Assembly (NCBI GenBank): GCA_964016885.1
Contig: OZ024758.1
Span: 2,232,001-2,296,000 of the forward strand
DNA: 64,000 nt
Direction: 5' to 3'
Origin: Eledone cirrhosa
Taxonomy: Eukaryota
Under the pieces are notes generated by a model, which did no database searches, was not told the DNA's origin, and was given only the letters and a program-made list of their open reading frames with translations. Position numbers and translations under genes: made by a program. This document shows, in pieces, positions 25,141-37,410 of the stretch. Every line of letters starts with the position of its first letter. Within the stretch, counting starts at the first letter, position 1.

Positions 25141-26777
25141 TCATCATTACTGTTTTTATGTCCATTATTCCATGCTTGAATAGGTTGGTAGTGTACCTAT
25201 TCCAGAAAAAAAAAATGGGAAATAGGAGACAAGACATAAAATAAATATAAAAGAAAAAAATCAAGACCAAAAGTATCAAAACCAAATGACAATAGAGTGC
25301 ATCAGTGCAATGACTGCACTAAGTCACCTGGTATATATTAGACTTGCTAAAATACAGCTGCTAATTATGTTATAGTCTTAAATTCATTTCATTACAGCTA
25401 TAATGTGCACTTTATTGACTAAAACACATCATCATCATCATTTACATCAGCTGAATATAATTTGCAGTGTTTCAGGCATTTAGGATGGCTTTTGTATCGT
25501 TTTCATTTTCTTACCTTTTTTTTTCTTTTTTTTTATAAAACACTATAGGCAAGAAAAGTACTTAATTATATCTTTTACCTTAGCGTGATATTTTCATAAT
25601 CTTACCCCTAGGGATAAAAGATAAGGCTCACATCCCCACACTCCCAAATATCATTTCATTTCGTTTTTATGTCCACCTGGCATGAGTTGGATGGAACTTT
25701 TTCTGCCAGTATATTACATCTGGTTGTGTTTCTTGTCACCTTTGACAACACACGGTAATACAGTACACCTGTATTAGGTATATGCCTGATTAGGTATCAC
25801 TGTGGAGCCCCACAGAAGGGATCACAATCACAGTTTGACCATACAAAAATCTACATTTTGTTTGATTATTTTCATGTCAAAATACATTCTTTCCTTGGAC
25901 AGTTATATATCATTTGAAAGTTTTGAGTGTGAACTTTCTTCTTGTATAGTTTTGATCAAAATCCCACACTTACATATACTAGATCCTCTGAATCACCCTC
26001 GTATTTCCATCCACAACATGCAACAAAATAAGTTTTACTTAAATATTAAAAAAATTGCCCCCAAAAAGTTTCATTTTCAAGAATCTGAATTCAAATAGGC
26101 AACTGTTACCCCATGGACACTATTAATTTGTGTAATTTGAAGATGATTGTCACATCCGTTTCAAAGATATGACATCAGAAATATGGCTAATTATTTAGGC
26201 CTAATTAGACAAAATTTTGACCAATTTGCTGACCATTCAAATTGTCATATTTCCTAGAATATTCATCCAAATTTCACCAATGAGGCACCAAAATGTTTCT
26301 TGTTGGAAGCTCTCCAAGACAGAATTCAGTAGAAGTTAGATCTAAATATTTCCAAAACTTCATAGTTATACCTACCGTGAAAGTGAAACACTTTTGAAAC
26401 TAAATCCTGTATTTATGGTTTTCTAACATGAGACAAATGACAAATTTGTAATGGTGGTGTGTACAATCAATTGAATTAATCCTCAGTATATTATATTACT
26501 GGTATTTATTTTAATGACATTGAAGTTGATGGAAAGCCAAGTCAAGTGAAGTCATGTGGGAGTTGTAGTGAGAATATGAGATTACTTTAATAAATACTGC
26601 AGAATATTTCCTCTCATATACAACTGTTCTTGGTAATTCTTTGGCACCTTTTCACATCATCATCACCACCATCACCACCGCCACTGCCACTGCCATCTTT
26701 GTCACAACCACTGCCACCATCTTCATCGCCACTGTCTTCATTGTCGTCGTCACATTTTGTGTATAATGTGCCACAAT

Positions 26778-27190
26778 TGTGACATCACCCTGTGCCACAT
26801 CTGTGACATCGTCACTGTGTCACATGTATGACATCATTACTGTGTCACACCTGTGACATCAGCACTATGTGCCACATGTATGACATTATCAGTTCCACAT
26901 CTGTGACATCATCACTGTGTCACATGTATGACATCAGCACTAAGTGTCACATCTGTGACATCAGCACTGTGCCACATGTATGACATTATCACTGTTCCAC
27001 ATCTGTGACACATCATCACTATGTGCCACATGTATGACATCATCACTGTGTCACATCTGTGACATCACTATGTGCCACATGTATGACATCATCACTGTCA
27101 CATCTGCGACATCACTATGTGCCACATGTATGACATCATCACTATGTGTCACATCTGTGACATCATCACTATGTGTGCCATCTGTGATAT
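26778..27190. repeat. Degenerate ~24-26-bp minisatellite
   Basis: Alternating catctgtgacatcatcactgtgtca / catgtatgacatcatcactatgtgcca units. Confidence 0.85.
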
Positions 27191-27319
27191 AAACACTGTA
27201 AGTATTTCCCAAGAGATATTACTCCATGTTCCAACTTAATGACTTCTACCATTGTTGGGGATGAAATAATAATTTCAAATCATTTCATCTCTCTTACCTT
27301 CTATCACTTAGTGAGACCG

Positions 27320-27640
27320 GATTACTAATGTAGGGGTACTGAAGAGAAGCAAACAAAGAGTACTAACTGACACCATTGCTGAATGGTGCCTGAAACTGGC
27401 TGGACACATTCTGAACATGTCTGAGTACCGGAACCTTCTCTCTATGGCAATGAGATGAAACTCAGTTGGTGGCAAGTGGAAAAAAAGGGAGCCCTAAGAA
27501 AATCTGGCACTCAACTTTCAAATAAAGTCTCCAGAGGATTGAACTGGACTGGGAACTATGTAAGATGCCGCAGCTGATTGTGTAAATTGGAGAAGACTCA
27601 TTGCTCAATATACCCCAGGCTATAGGAGGACTTAAGACTT
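27320..27640 (+). mobile_element. Decayed RTE LINE C-terminal fragment
   Basis: Translation LKLAGHILNMSEYR...GGKWKK / PKKIWHSTF with stops and frameshifts. Confidence 0.65.
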
Positions 27641-27679
27641 GTATTGTATTTGTATAGTAAAGTTATATTAGCTTTTTAA

Positions 27680-27888
27680 CCCTTCAGCATTTACATTACT
27701 TTATATTTACTATTGTATTTTCACTGTAAAGGTTTTACCTGACATGATTGTCTCACATAATATCGAATCTATGAGATTTTGATATTTATTTTAAGAACAA
27801 TGCCTTATGAGCAGCCAGTTATGGCTGGTTTGAACAGAAAGTGGTAGGAGAATTCTGGCCGGATATGGCTGGTTTAAATGCTAGAGGG
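27680..27888 (-). mobile_element. piggyBac-type MITE, complete
   Basis: TTAA at 27676-27679 and 27889-27892, TIRs with single mismatches. Confidence 0.9.
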
Positions 27889-28588
27889 TTAATATATTTG
27901 TTGTTTTCCAGAACCCACTGAACGATTAGCAATTAGATGTAACATGTTAGGTATATTCTGCTCTACTACACACACATAAAACCTTTCTCTCCCCCTCTCC
28001 TCACATACACAGCGTAAGTCATACACACACACATACTCCAGTTCACACATCTCCGTGTAGTTTTGTTTTGTTGAAATATGTATTTGGACAGGTTTAAACT
28101 AATTGAAGTATCGATAGCAACTACTATCGATAGCAATACTATTATTGATGATGATCGTAAATAAATTTTATTGATGAATTTATTATCTGAAGATCTTTTG
28201 TTTTCCAGTTTCATGTTTCTTCGTTAAACAAAGAAAACAACAACAGATCTTAAGATTAACTATAATCTCTAAATTAAGATAAGATATATATATATATTAC
28301 TAGGATCTGTAACATCACATTCTGTGCCATTTATGTATTGAAATTTTATCACTGCAGTAATTTGTCTTGGGGCTTTTTTTCCTGAAAACTGTTATGTGAT
28401 CTTTGAATCACATGTCAGAATGAAGCACACACATTATTTCATCTCGGATTTCTTGTATGCAAATATCTAGATATATTCTCAGACTAAATTAACATTTCCT
28501 TGTTTTTTTAAGAAGAAAATACCTTTAGCAGACATAAATATATTCATTCATTTAGTTTTTGTTTGTTTAAATGAATGAGACTTTGTAA

Positions 28589-29088
28589 TGTATAATATAG
28601 TTGTATTATATAGACTGTTGGTGTATAATATAGTTGTATTATATAGACTGTTGGTGTACAATACAGTTGTATTATATAGACTGTTGGTGTACAATACAGT
28701 TATATTATATAGACTGTTGGTGTATAATATAGTTATATTATATAGACTGTTGGTGTATAATATAGTTGTATTATATAGACTGTTGGTATATAATATAGTT
28801 GTATTATATAGACTGTTGGTGTACTATATAGTTGTATTATATAGACTGTTGGTGTATAATATAGTTGTATTATATAGACTGTTGGTGTACAATACAGTTG
28901 TATTATATAGACTGTTGGTGTACAATATAGTTGTATTATATAGACTGTTGGTGTATAATATACAACTATATTATACACCAACAAAGTCTATATAATACAA
29001 CTGTATTATACATCAACAGTCTATATAATACAACTATATTATACATCAACAGTCTATATAATAATAATATAGACTGTTGATATATAAT
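28589..29088. repeat. 33-bp minisatellite with an internal orientation switch
   Basis: Unit tataatatagttgtattatatagactgttggtg ~11 times to ~28960, ~3 inverted units to ~29063, then a forward remnant. Confidence 0.93.
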
Positions 29089-29799
29089 TATATGTATTTT
29101 TATATTATATATGTATAATATATATAATATAGAATCTATTTTAGGACTATTGTCTTTTAAAAATTTCTCTCTCTTTATATAATATTTAGTCCTTCAAGCT
29201 CCACATTAACTGCATCCATTTCCAACTTTGTGTAATCCAAGATGGTCTCTCCTGGCCAATAGACAAATATCTTCTGTCTTTAACACAATCAGTAAAAGAA
29301 TGAATATTAAATAAAAAGAAACAAAACACATTTTCTTTTTTGTACCAGGATATTGAACTGTTGTAGATTATTTTAATAAAAGTATTACCAATTGCAGCTG
29401 AAACGAGTAGAGTTCCCCAAAGGAACTCAATACAATATCTGCAACAGAATACTCCTTCGTTGTCTGCATATTTAGAATTGTTTTTTTACAGAAATTCAAA
29501 TGTTGACTCTTTCTCTAATTGGTCATGGGTACTTTTTTTGTTTTTTACATATATATATAATAGCTATGTTTACATTCTAAATATAATTTAATGGTTTACA
29601 GCTGATTAAAGAGGGTGAAGTAGGTAGGAGGAAGTTTAACTAGAGAAATAGATATTTGATATAGCCTCCATGGAAATATTTAATGTAGTTGTCAGAACTG
29701 AGAGATATATTACAATAATATAGATTCAATTAAATTATTTAGTAAATGATTGAATATAATAACCATGTGTGTTTTTTATTTCAATTTATGATGAATGTT

Positions 29800-30665
29800 G
29801 TGATGATTGGGATATGATACATGGTATACATGGTGGTTGGGTTATGATACATGGTATACATGATGATTGGGATATGATACATGGTATACATGGTGGTTGG
29901 GTTATGATACATGGTATACATGATGATTGCGTTATGATACATGGTAAACATGGTGGTTGGGATATGATACATGGTGATTGGGATATGATACATGGTATAC
30001 ATGGTGGTTGGGTTATGATACATGGTATACATGGTGGTTGGGTTATGATACATGGTATACATGATGATTGCGTTATGATACATGGTAAACATGGTGGTTG
30101 GGATATGATACATGGTGATTGGGATATGATACATGGTATACATGGTGGTTGGGTTATGATACATGGTATACATGGTGGTTGGGTTATGATACATGGTATA
30201 CATGATGATTGCGTTATGATACATGGTAAACATGGTGGTTGGGATATGATACATGGTGATTGGGATATGATACATGGTATACATGGTGGTTGGGTTATGA
30301 TACATGGTATACATGGTGGTTGGGTTATGATACATGGTAAACATGATGGTTGGGTTATGATACATGGTATACATGGTGGTTGGGATATGATACATGGTAT
30401 ACATGGTGGTTGGGATATGATACATGGTATACATGGTGGTTGGGATATGATACATGGTATACATGGTGGTTGGGTTATGATACATGGTAAGCATGGTGGT
30501 GGTTGGGATAGACATGGTATACATGGTGGTGGTTGGGATGTGATACATGGTAGAGTTATACATGGTGGACATGGTAGTGGTTGGGTTATGATACATGGTG
30601 GTGGTTGAGTTATACATGGCGGTGGTTGGGATAGACATGGCGGTGGTTGGGATATACATGGTGAT
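29800..30665. repeat. 30/21-bp minisatellite with a 141-bp higher-order period
   Basis: Unit gatacatggtatacatggtggttgggttat; variant tgatgattgcg recurs at 29921, 30062 and 30203. Confidence 0.93.
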
Positions 30666-31098
30666 CTTTTTTAATGTTTCTGTCTGAGGGGGTTAAGCCC
30701 CATGGCCTTCACAGTCCATCAAACAACAGAGAAATACCACAGATGTTGAAATAATGATAATCATTTTTTTCATCCTGGGACTTCTCATTCGTGTTTTCTT
30801 TCGAGGAGGAGAATTTTTCACGGGCAATTCCTCACTTTACTGTTTTGTCTCTGGATTCTACTTGGGCACCCACGATTCATCTCCTCTTATTACTTTATCC
30901 AAGAAATTTGGTTCTATTTCAAATCTTTCTAACAAAACCTGACAAATTTCTGACCAGTTCGCTTTTTGCTCCACAGACAAGTATTTGGGCATTAGTTTTC
31001 CACAAATTTTCTGGAGTCATTGGGACACTACATTGCCAAACACTATACCAACTGTCTCCATTACTGGTAGCCATGGGCCAGTAAAGCATAGTCTAAAC

Positions 31099-31296
31099 CA
31101 GGCATGTCAAACTGAGGGTCACCCGAGGGCCACATGGGACACGTGTGTTGTCTGAGGGCCACACATGACAACTAATTGCACACATTACAACTAATTTATT
31201 TAAATTTTATATTGCGAGGATAAAACATGCTCACACTGTAAAAACCTTTGTGCGGGCCGCATGTTTGACATGGCCCCAAAAGTCTGAGAACCTCTG
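31099..31296. mobile_element. hAT (Charlie-like) non-autonomous element
   Basis: Starts caggcatgtcaaac; gggccac/gcgggccgc subterminal motifs; internal gtttgacatg; ends gagaacctctg; 8-bp flanks gtctaaac/gtgtaaac (7/8). Confidence 0.7.
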
Positions 31297-31896
31297 GTGT
31301 AAACCAAGGTAATATATTTTTCTCCAGACCCAGAAACCCTATGAAATACAGGAAATATCTCTATAATAAAATTAAATAAATATAAAATATATTTTTAGAG
31401 AGAAATTTCAGTGAAGGGGAATTTCTTCACATTCCTTCTACAATAAGTCGACCTTTTAAAGTTGACACTGAACAGTTTTATAACTATTTTCCCCAAACAG
31501 TTTAACCTCATGACCTTTGGTCAGCAATAGTCCACTTCATCAAACTTACATACCATTCTTATTTTATCTATCTCCCTTCTTCTTACATCTGTGACCCAAT
31601 TCTTTTGTTTAAATCATTTACTGTGTCTGAGAGAGATAGTCTATTGTAGTTGTTTTAATGTTCTGTATTTTCCAATTAGAATTATTCTTGGTGTAAAACA
31701 ACACTGATAAACTGATAAATTTTGCAGAACTATAAAGATTTTTATAGCATAAAATAGAAATATGTTAGAATGTTATAATGGGTTTTTCTTTTTTTCCTAT
31801 AATATATTTGTATTCTACATCTAATATAGATGGGTATCGGATAGCAATAACATTGGTATCAGTATTGTAGTAAGGTCATAAGTTGAGAGTGGAGTC

Positions 31897-33852
31897 ATGT
31901 TATTGGTGACAGTAGCATAGATGTGTTATTGGTGACAGTAGCATAGATGTGGTGTTATTGGTGACAGTAGCATAGATGTAGTGTTATTGGTGACAGTAGC
32001 ATAGATGTAGTGTTATTGGTGACAGTAGCATAGATGTGTTATTGGTGACAGTAGCATAGATGTGTTATTGGTGACAGTAGCATAGATGTGTTATTGGTGA
32101 CAGTAGCATAGATGTAGTGTTATTGGTGACAGTAGCATAGATGTGGTGTTATTGGTGACAGTAGCATAGATGTGTTATTGGTGACAGTAGCATAGATGTA
32201 GTGTTATTGGTGACAGTAGCATAGATGTAGTGTTATTGGTGACAGTAGCATAGATGTGTTATTGGTGACAGTAGCATAGATGTGGTGTTATTGGTGACAG
32301 TAGCATAGATGTGGTGTTATTGGTGACAGTAACATAGATGTGTTATTGGTGACAGTAGCATAGATGTAGTGTTATTGGTGACAGTAGCATAGATGTGTTA
32401 TTGGTGACAGTAGCATAGATGTAGTGTTATTGGTGACAGTAGCATAGATGTGTTATTGGTGACAGTAGCATAGATGTGTTATTGGTGACAGTAGCATAGA
32501 TGTAGTGTTATTGGTGACAGTAGCATAGATGTAGTGTTATTGGTGACAGTAGCATAGATGTGGTGTTATTGGTGACAGTAGCATAGATGTAGTGTTATTG
32601 GTGACAGTAGCATAGATGTGGTGTTATTGGTGACAGTAGCATAGATGTGGTGTTATTGGTGACAGTAGCATAGATGTTGTGTTATTGGTGACAGCAGCAT
32701 AGATGTGTTATTGGTGACAGTAGCATAGATGTAGTGTTATTGGTGACAGTAGCATAGATGTAGTGTTATTGGTGACAGTAGCATAGATGTAGTGTTATTG
32801 GTGACAGTAGCATAGATGTGGTGTTATTGGTGACAGTAACATAGATGTAGTGTTATTGGTGACAGTAGCATAGATGTGGTGTTATTGGTGACAGTAGCAT
32901 AGATGTGGTGTTATTGGTGACAGTAGCATAGATGTGTTATTGGTGACAGTAGCATAGATGTGGTGTTATTGGTGACAGTAACATAGATGTGTTATTGGTG
33001 ACAGTAGCATAGATGTGGTGTTATTGGTGACAGTAGCATAGATGTGTTATTGGTGACAGTAGCATAGATGTGGTGTTATTGGTGACAGTAGCATAGATGT
33101 GGTGTTATTGGTGACAGTAACATAGATGTAGTGTTATTGGTGACAGTAACATAGATGTGGTGTTATTGGTGACAGTAGCATAGATGTGGTGTTATTGGTG
33201 ACAGTAGCATAGATGTGTTATTGGTGACAGTAGCATAGATGTGGTGTTATTGGTGACAGTAGCATAGATGTGTTATTGGTGACAGTAGCATAGATGTGTT
33301 ATTGGTGACAGTAGCATAGATGTGTTATTGGTGACAGTAGCATAGATGTGTTATTGGTGACAGTAGCATAGATGTGTTATTGGTGACAGTAGCATAGATG
33401 TTGTGTTATTGGTGACAGTAACATAGATGTAGTGTTATTGGTGACAGTAACAAAGATGTAGTGTTATTGGTGACAGTAACATAGATGTTGTGTTATTGGT
33501 GACAGTAGCATAGATGTGGTGTTATTGGTGACAGTAGCATAGATGTGGTGTTATTGGTGACAGTAGCATAGATGTGTTATTGGTGACAGTAGCATAGATG
33601 TGGTGTTATTGGTGACAGTAGCATAGATGATGTGTTATTGGTGACAGTAACATAGATGTAGTGTTATTGGTGACAGTAGCATAGATGTGGTGTTATTGGT
33701 GACAGTAGCATAGATGTGGTGTTATTGGTGACAGTAGCATAGATGTGGTGTTATTGGTGACAGTAGCATAGATGTGTTATTGGTGACAGTAGCATAGATG
33801 TAGTGTTATTGGTGACAGTAGCATAGATGTGGTGTTATTGGTGACAGTAGCA
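31897..33852. repeat. 26/29-bp satellite array, ~1.95 kb, ~70 units
   Basis: Unit tgttattggtgacagtagcatagatg with an optional 3-nt insert (tag/tgg/ttg). Confidence 0.97.
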
Positions 33853-34127
33853 GTTGTACTGTTTGTTGTAGATGATGTACTTTCAATGTAACTAGTCTTT
33901 ACTGGTTTATGTTACTGTGGCTGGAATGGTTATTTTAGGGGTCAATTTGTTTTATCAGATGATTCTGTGATGAACAAAACACCTGAACCTCAGTCTTTCT
34001 TCATTGGGGTTTTTGTTTAAAATAATTTTTCTTGAGTTATATTTTATATATATAATGGCAACTGATGAAGAAAACTTAAAAAAGTTTGGAAGTTATACAT
34101 ATCTAACATACATAAAGATGCACACAA

Positions 34128-34583
34128 CATCATCATCATCACCATCATCATTTAACGTCTATTTTCCATGCTAGTATGGGTTAGACAGGTTGTCCTGTTT
34201 GAGGCAAGTTGGGTCAGGTGACTGTGTCTTGCTCATACAGAACTATTTTTTGTCGTGAGACCTACATGACCACTTTGCAGTGTAAGAGTGGTGTGATCAG
34301 ATGTGGCTGGAATGTTAGGGCATGGGAGGTGTATGGAAGGGGGAAGGAGGATAGTGGTTAAGGGGTGCCTACTAGATGCACCTTTCAGTCCGTGTGCATT
34401 TTCAGTATTTCTTCATAATGCCAAAGATCTCGATCTTGTGTCATTGTCTTTGAGAGGTGCAATTGTGCAAGGTCAACTTTTATCACCTCATCCCAGGTCT
34501 TCCTGAGTCTTCCTACTCCATAACTTCCAATTTTGATCACCCTGCACCATTTTATATAGCTGTCATCCTCCATACACATCACA
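34128..34583 (-). mobile_element. RTE-b-related LINE 3' end
   Basis: MEDDSYIKWCRVIKIGSYGVGRLRKTWDEVIKVDLAQLHLSKTMTQDRDLW plus 3'UTR and (GAT)n tail. Confidence 0.85.
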
Positions 34584-35033
34584 TACATACATAAAAACAC
34601 ACACACACCTACCTACCTACCTACCTGTATATCTGTTAGAGTTCTTGACTGTTTGCAGCTTATCCATTGTGGCTTATGAAATAGATAACTTATGATTGCT
34701 CAAAAGTCTCCATGTAGGTTTTAGGACTGCAAAACTTCTAAGTATATTTCTTATAAGCTTAGATAATGGTCTTTGTCTAAGACTGGTGGGTATTAGAATT
34801 ACAAATATATACCATATAGATTATAAATATTATTGCTACTGCTTTTTCTGATGGAAAAAAATCAATGATTGATAATGCATTGCTTGTATTAGAGAAAACA
34901 CAACCCTGTGTTTGCTGTGTGTTTGTTTACGTGAGTAAATAGAAGATAGTAATTGGTTTTATTCTAAGGGCTTTCAGTTTTCTATTCATTGTATCATGGA
35001 TTATGTGCAAATGATATCCAATAGTTTGTTTAA

Positions 35034-35439
35034 CCCATTAGCACTTTATTACTCTATATTTACTATTATATTTTCATGATAAAGGCTTTATCTCATGTAA
35101 TATCAAATCTATGAGATTTTGATGTTATTTATTTTGAGAACAATACCTTAATGTTGGTATGAGCAGTTGGTTACAGCCGGTTTGAACAGAAAGAGGTAAG
35201 AGAATTCTGGCTGTAACCAGCCACTCATACTGATGTTAAGGTAGTGTTCTCAACATAAATAATATCAATATCTCATAGATTCGATATTATGTTAGATAAT
35301 TATGTGAGGTAAAGCCTTTACCATGAAAATACAATAGTATATATAGAGTAATGTAAATGTTATGTGAGATATTATGTGAGATAAAGCTTTTACTGTGAAA
35401 ATACAATAGTATATATAGAGTAATGTAAATGTTAAAGGG
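35034..35439. mobile_element. Inverted chimera of two piggyBac-type MITE copies
   Basis: Minus-orientation copy to ~35211 fused to a plus-orientation copy; both outer ends are the same MITE end; TTAA at 35030-35033 and 35440-35443. Confidence 0.85.
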
Positions 35440-35678
35440 TTAAATGCTAATGTTTTTAAAGCAGGCCACTAATTTACAAGATTTGCTGATTAAATTCAAG
35501 ATAGAGGTTGTTGCAATGTGTTTGTAGTATTTAGGATTTAGCAGAGCATATATTATCTTTTATTGCTAAACATATCCTTGTTATCTGAAACTACAGTAAT
35601 ATAATGTTGACAAATATTTGAAAGTGAAAATTAAATATTAGCTTTGTGGTAAATTATTTTGTATTTTATGTGTTGCAG

Positions 35679-35738
35679 GTAGAGAGTGGCAGGCATGGGA
35701 GCTACAGATGAGCAAATGGCAGAGCCAGGAGCTATCAC
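35679..35738 (+). CDS. Candidate 60-nt exon, possibly the first coding exon (MGATDEQMAEPGAIT...); product unknown
   Basis: Acceptor ttttgtattttatgtgttgcag, donor C|gtaagt; GC- and purine-rich against AT-rich flanks; ATG at 35695 in GGCATGG context with an upstream in-frame TAG. Confidence 0.55.
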
Positions 35739-36235
35739 GTAAGTACTTCACACTAGGAATTTAAATGGAACACCTCTTGGATTTCATCCATGCTGTAATT
35801 GCAATATATTATCCATTTTCTTTTGTATGTGACAGCTGAATGAGATGGGAATCTGTAGTTAATTACATTTCTAGTTAATAGTGGAACAGCTTAGCCATAC
35901 ATTCATGTTAACAACTTGGAATAGTTTCAAAAATTCTAAAATATGAACCTGCACAGATGTTTATTACATATAGAATTGTCTTCTTGTTAGTTGTATTAAG
36001 ACTCTATTATGTAACATCGTAAAATTACTTCAACCTTTAACTCTACAGAATACTTCAGCAATGTTGGTATAGTCACTGCCTCTCTCACTCTTATAAGAGA
36101 ACGGGGGGCCCATGTACTGGCCCCGCACCACAGCCCTGGCGGACAGAATAGAGAAGTGTATACACCCCTGTTAACTTCACACATTCACACACACACCTTG
36201 CTAACGCCCCCCCCCCCCCCCCCCTTCTGCTAACT

Positions 36236-36267
<32 letters not shown>

Positions 36268-36989
36268 CATTGTTACCCCCCCCCCCCCTTTACTGTTAAC
36301 TTCACACACACACCATTGTTACCCCCCCCCTATTACTACTACCTTCACACACCCTTGTTAATCCCCCCCCCCGCTCTGCTAACTATCACACACACACACA
36401 CACACATACAAACATCCACTCTGTATGCATGCACATGCGCAGCCAGTCTGCACACACCCCTGCTAACTTCACACATCCATACACACACACCTGCACACAC
36501 ACACACAGACACCTACACCTGCACACACACACATACACCTGCACCTACACACACACACACATACACCTGCACCTACACACACACTCACACACACACACAC
36601 ACCTGCACCCCCACACACACCACACTCACACCCGCACCTTCTTTCCTGTCTCTGCAGGTCATATATAATCAATCCTCACATAAATCTCAGCCTGTCAGTG
36701 TTTCTTACCAACAGAGTCTACCGTTATCTAAACTTTTTAGAAACAGTTCTTTTGTTACAACCCTCTCTTGTATCAATTTCATTACCTAGGTAACAATATC
36801 TAGTGCAGTGACTCCCAGCATGGAGTCCATTCTTCACGGGGGGGGGGGGGGGACAATTTGAAAATAATGTTTATGAGAATAAACTTCAGGTTTTACTTTA
36901 TTACTTTTATACCAAGACAAATGTCGGAAACTCCTGTCTCACCTCCTCCACACATGTTATTGTGCATCTGGCACCACCTATATGCCAAT

Positions 36990-37410
36990 TTATTTACATT
37001 TTATAGTTGATCATTGCTGTGAATATTTGGTTGGCTCTGCTGTGTCCGATTTGAAAATCACACTGTTCATCACTTAGTTTGGATTTGACCATTTCCTTAC
37101 ATCTCTTTGCCAGATACTTAGCATAGATTTTACCGGGGAGGTTTAACAAGGAGATCCCTCTGTAATTGGAACAATCTCTATCGTCTCCTTTTTTAAAAAT
37201 TGGGATTATCACATCTGATTGCCATTGGTTAGGTGCCTTTCCAGAGATCCAGGCCACCCGGCACACACCAGTCAGCCAGAGAATATCTTCTCTATTTAGG
37301 GCTTTTAACATCTCAGGCCGGATTTAACTCTCCCCAGCGGCTTTGAGACATTTGAGCTCTTTAACTGCTCTTGTGACCTCAGCCTCTGAGGGATTAGTCA
37401 TTACTCCCAG
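36990..37410 (-). mobile_element. Expander/Rex3-like RTE reverse transcriptase fragment
   Basis: MLKALNREDILWLTGVCRVAWISGKAPNQWQSDVIIPIFKKGDDRDCSNYRGISLLNLPGKIYAK...EQCDFQ...DQIF-like N-terminal RT region. Confidence 0.9.

Noticed and set aside
31897-33852. CRISPR-like array
   Set aside because: Units are contiguous with at most a 3-nt variable insert; there are no unique spacers or cas genes and the context is eukaryotic.
34061-34095. CTGATGA followed by a small hairpin
   Set aside because: No GAAA/NUH in the right position and no stem I.
36207-36852. Poly-C/poly-G runs as G-quadruplex regulatory sites
   Set aside because: Homopolymers within microsatellite-rich sequence; lengths are unreliable and there is no sign of function.
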